Assembly (NCBI GenBank): GCA_039793445.1
Contig: JBAMLS010000012.1
Coordinates: 21,225 to 79,865, forward strand
Direction of reading: 5' to 3'
DNA length: 58,641 nucleotides
Source: Minisyncoccales bacterium
GTDB taxonomy: Bacteria; Patescibacteriota; Minisyncoccia; Minisyncoccales; JBAMLS01
The notes below the pieces were generated by a model, which was not told the origin of the DNA, did not search any database, and worked only from the letters and a program-made list of their open reading frames with translations. The position numbers and the translations under genes were made by a program. Below are positions 55,924 to 58,641 of the stretch, piece after piece. How positions within the stretch are numbered: position 1 is the first letter of the stretch; every line of letters starts with the position of its first letter.

Positions 55924-56162
55924 TTAAAAGATTTTTCCCTTAAACGATTTTATAAATCTTTCAACTTCTTTTTTATTAGTAATTAAATCATTACCTGAAA
56001 CTAATAATACTGATGGAAAATTACTAATTTTTTACCACATTTTTTTAGTTCTTTCTTTAAAACCATAAATAGTTTTAAAGATATTTTATTATCACTTTCG
56101 CAATCTAATAAAAACCTTAACATTTAAAATTATAACCTGAAAACCTCTTCCTCTATTTTCAT
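55924..56162 (-). pseudogene. Decayed small ORF (about 79 codons) with a strong SD
   Basis: AAGGAGGTG (56176-56168), 5 nt, then ATG 56162. The frame reads MKIEEEVFRL*F*MLRFLLDCESDNKISLKLFMVLKKELKKCGKKLVIFHQYY*. After a frame change it reads ..FPSVLLVSGNDLITNKKEVERFIKSFKGKIF*. Size and tail are faintly thioredoxin-fold-like. Identity is uncertain. Confidence 0.3.
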
Positions 56163-56242
56163 ATAATCACCTCCTTTTAAAATTTTTTCTTTCTAAGATT
56201 TTCTAGTATTTCAAAAAAAATATTTTCGCCCTCTTAAAAAAT

Positions 56243-56803
56243 TTACACTCTTCTTACGTATTCTCCTTTTTCTGTATTTATCTCAATAATATCACCTTCT
56301 TTAATAAATAAAGGCACATTAATTTTTGCTCCCGTTTCTAAAGTAACCATTTTGGTTCCGCTTTGCGCCCTTTCTCCTTTTAGGCTAAGAGGAGATTCAA
56401 TAACTTTTAATTGAACTTTAATTGGCAAATTTATACTTATCATTTTTTCTTCAAATAATAGACCTGTTACTATCTGACCTGGTTTTAAAAATTTAGCATT
56501 ATCTCCTATTTGTTCTTCAATTAATTCGATTCTCTGAGAGGGGTCTTGAATTTTACTAAAATAAAATTTTCCCCTCTTTGAATAAATAAATTTAACTTCA
56601 ATTTTTTCTAATTCAGCTTCCTCAAAAATATCATCTTTATGAAAATTTCTTTCTATTACTTTTCCTGTAATTAAATTTCTTATTTTTGTTTGAACTACTG
56701 CCACATCTTGAGCCTTTTTCATTTGTTTTGATTCTATAACTTGATAAGGTTGACCATCTAAAAGAAAAACTGTTCCTCTTTTTAAATCTAAATAAGAAAA
56801 CAT
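56243..56803 (-). CDS. efp: Elongation factor P
   Basis: 186 aa. DLKRGTVFLLDGQPYQVIESKQMKKAQDVAVVQTKIRNLITGKVIE and ..VTLETGAKINVPLFIKEGDIIEINTEKGEYVRR. Confidence 0.95.
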   Translation of the reverse strand: MFSYLDLKRGTVFLLDGQPYQVIESKQMKKAQDVAVVQTKIRNLITGKVIERNFHKDDIFEEAELEKIEVKFIYSKRGKFYFSKIQDPSQRIELIEEQIGDNAKFLKPGQIVTGLLFEEKMISINLPIKVQLKVIESPLSLKGERAQSGTKMVTLETGAKINVPLFIKEGDIIEINTEKGEYVRRV

Positions 56804-57000
56804 ATTTTTATATTAATTTTTTCAATTATTATAAGAATTTAAATTTAAAATATCAATATTGATTTTAAAATAAAAATAGAAATTTTTAAATTTGCAGTAC
56901 TTTTTAACAAAATCCGAACCTATTTTGAACAAAAGGTACCGCCAATTTACAATTTCAGCGTTTTTGAGGGTTGTTGCCTCGCCCTCGCTACGCTCGGGCT

Positions 57001-57032
57001 CGGCTTTTGCGACGATTTTATACGGATTTTTG
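57001..57032. repeat. Outer inverted repeat, left arm
   Basis: CGGCTTTTGCGACGATTTTATACGGATTTTTG is the exact reverse complement of 58610-58641. The right arm is cut by the window end, so the repeat may be longer. Confidence 0.9.
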
Positions 57033-57157
57033 TAATCGTAAAACAATTTCTGTCCACTCAAACGGAAGTTCGGTTTGTCGAAGGCAAACATAAATTTGAA
57101 AAATTTATTAACCAATCTTTTTCCTTCGCCTCTGACGAAAGGCAAAGCGATAATTTA

Positions 57158-57173
57158 ATTTTGACTGCCCAAA
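57158..57173. repeat. Inner inverted repeat, left arm
   Basis: ATTTTGACTGCCCAAA is the exact reverse complement of 57565-57580. Confidence 0.8.
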
Positions 57174-57564
57174 TAATATGATAAACGAAAATCAAACCAA
57201 AAAGTTTTTCATCTACGCCCGCAAGTCAACCGATTCTGAAGATTGGCAAGTAAGGAGTATTCAGGACCAAATTGCGGAACTCAAGGAATTGGCAAAAAAA
57301 GAAAATTAAGAAATTGTTGATATTCTTGTTGAAAAAGAAACTGCTAAAAAGCCAGGTCGGCCCGTCTTCGCTGAAATGCTCAAAAGAATTGAAGCGGGCG
57401 AAGCAGAAGGAATTTTAGCCTGGCACCCCGACAGATTAGCTCGCAATTCTGTTGATGGCGGACAAATAATTTATCTTGTGGACATAGGAATTATTAAAGA
57501 GCTAAAATTCCCGACTTTTTGGTTTGAAAACACGCCTCAATGAAAGTTTATGCTTTCTATCGCT

Positions 57565-57580
57565 TTTGGGCAGTCAAAAT
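57565..57580. repeat. Inner inverted repeat, right arm
   Basis: TTTGGGCAGTCAAAAT, inside the recombinase catalytic-domain coding region (FGQSK). Confidence 0.8.
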
Positions 57581-58609
57581 ATTACATTGATAATCTTTCG
57601 GAAAACATCAAAAGAGGACATCGGCAAAAATTAAAACAAGGATTATGGCCTCAAATGGCGCCTCTTGGTTATCTCAATGATACCAAGACAAAACAAATTT
57701 ATGTTGATAAAGAAAAAGCACCGTTAATTAAAAAGGTTTTTGAAGTTTACGCTACCTGAAAATATACCTTGAAAGAAATCAGAAAAACCATTAACGATTT
57801 AGGTTTACGGATAAGGAAAAATAAACCTCTTTCAACTTCAAATTATCAATATCTTTTGCAAAACCCTTTTTATTATGGAGTGATGAGATACAACGGCGAA
57901 TTTTATGAAGGAAAGCACGAACCGATTATTTCAAAGAAACTTTTTGACCAAGTGCAAGAAGTAATGAGACAAAAATCAAAACAGCAAAAAGCAGACAAAA
58001 TGAAATTTTTTCTTTATCGCGAATTATTCCGCTGTGGAGAATGCGGTTATACAATTACTGCTGACAAAAAAATCAAAAAGAGCGGGAAACAATACACTTA
58101 TTACTACTGCACTAAGAAAAATCCAAATCATAAATGCTCGCAAAATGTTTTTACGAGAGAAGAAAAAATTTCATCTCAAATCAACGAAATGATATAAAAA
58201 GTTTCTTTGCGGATGATTGGGCTGATAAAATGTTAAATGAATAAGAAAATGAAAAAAATGAGAAAGCCAAATCATCTCGCTTTTTTGCTCAAAAAATTCA
58301 AGACGAGATAAAAGTGATTGACGAGAAGTTAGAAAAACTGATGAACGCTTATCTTGAAAATGCTTTATCTTTGGAAGAATATCGGGAAGCCAAAAACAAA
58401 CTCATCAGTCAAAAACAGCTTTTGAAAGACAAACTGAATGTTTTTGAGCAAAAAAGCAATAATCGGTTCGAACTCGCCGCTAAATTCATAAATACCATAA
58501 AACAAAGCAAAATTATCGCTTTGCAAGAAAATCCCGTTGAGAGTCGAGATTTTCTAAAAAAGATTGGTTCGAACTTTCGTTTGAACAGAGAAAAATTGTT
58601 TTTGGATTT

Positions 58610-58641
58610 CAAAAATCCGTATAAAATCGTCGCAAAAGCCG
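58610..58641. repeat. Outer inverted repeat, right arm
   Basis: CAAAAATCCGTATAAAATCGTCGCAAAAGCCG. See 57001-57032. Flanking sequence upstream of the arm is similar but diverged (about 70 percent by eye). Confidence 0.9.

Larger units (their letters stand above)
56822..57173 (-). pseudogene. Internally deleted remnant of a large serine recombinase gene (inverted relative to the next feature)
   Basis: The minus strand begins with the FGQSK-coding 16-mer, identical to the reverse complement of 57565-57580. It then jumps to the C-terminal region ...KPNFRLSGQKLFYDYKNPYKIVAKAEPERSEGE.... Compare ...KKIGSNFRLNREKLFLDFKNPYKIVAKA at the window end. It is GC-richer than the host DNA. Confidence 0.65.
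57178..58641 (+). pseudogene. Large serine recombinase (resolvase catalytic domain + recombinase domain + zinc ribbon + coiled coil), disrupted; runs off the window end
   Basis: One frame reads MINENQTKKFFIYARKSTDSED...KKEN*EIV...GILAWHPDRLARNSVDGGQIIYLV...FWFENTPQ*KFMLSIAFGQSKYYIDNLSENIKRG...EVYAT*KYTLKEI...CGECGYTITADKK...YYYCTKKNPNHKC...INEMI*. A -1 frame break follows near 58209, then ADDWADKMLNE*ENEK...LEEYREAKNKL.... Stops are at 57307, 57541, 57757, 58195 and 58242. Confidence 0.85.

Noticed and set aside
56849-56862. The perfect 12-nt palindrome ATCAATATTGAT upstream of efp might be a recombinase or operator site.
   Set aside because: Short A/T palindromes are expected by chance at this base composition. 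There is no second copy or partner site in the window.
57541-57759. The whole window might use an alternative genetic code (TGA = Gly, code 25), because two TGA codons sit on conserved Gly positions of the recombinase.
   Set aside because: All host genes give long uninterrupted ORFs under the standard code, for example the 1061-aa DnaE, 934-aa UvrA and 692-aa PheT. The same recombinase also has three in-frame TAA codons and a frameshift that no known code rescues. Recoding is kept only as a hypothesis about the donor lineage, not the host.

Overview
The window is very AT-rich (roughly three quarters A+T by eye) and tightly packed. About 65 of roughly 70 genes lie on the minus strand. The content is almost entirely core information-processing and envelope genes.

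**Main content**
- Replication and repair: dnaE, gyrB, uvrA, holB, rnhB, mpg.
- Ribosomal alpha-operon block: infA-rpmJ-rpsM-rpsK-rpsD-rpoA-rplQ, fused to rplM-rpsI. Also secE-nusG-rplK, rpsP-khpA-trmD and rnc-nusB-rpmF.
- tRNA charging and modification: pheST, proS, alaS, gatCA and gatB, miaA, miaB.
- Envelope and metabolism: two mreB paralogs, murA, rseP, frr, efp, tpiA, a class II aldolase and galT.
- Six tRNA genes, none encoding the 3' CCA.

**Likely source.** Many proteins are domain-trimmed (RpoA without the alpha-CTD, ProRS without INS, AlaRS without C-Ala, PheT without B2). Host genes lack Shine-Dalgarno motifs. Both fit a reduced-genome bacterium, probably Patescibacteria/CPR (Parcubacteria-like). 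This placement is an inference.

**No classical accessory system is visible.** I found no CRISPR array, no restriction or toxin cassette, and no intact mobile element.

**Most noteworthy items**
1. Two stand-alone ATP-cone proteins bracket an AMMECR1-MEMO1 pair and run into ychF.
2. A thymidylate-kinase-like domain with a degenerate P-loop is fused to deoxyribose-phosphate aldolase.
3. A GC-richer island at the 3' edge holds two decayed large-serine-recombinase copies head to head with nested inverted repeats. In-frame TGA codons sit at positions I recall as conserved Gly.
4. A GC-rich structured leader lies between a clear promoter and an RRM RNA-binding protein gene.
5. The initiator tRNA has a non-canonical elbow.
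6. Two loci carry strong AAGGAGGTG ribosome-binding sites that host genes lack, so they look foreign: a DUF502 gene and a decayed small ORF.

All functional calls come from reading the translated ORFs against remembered family motifs. No searches were run.
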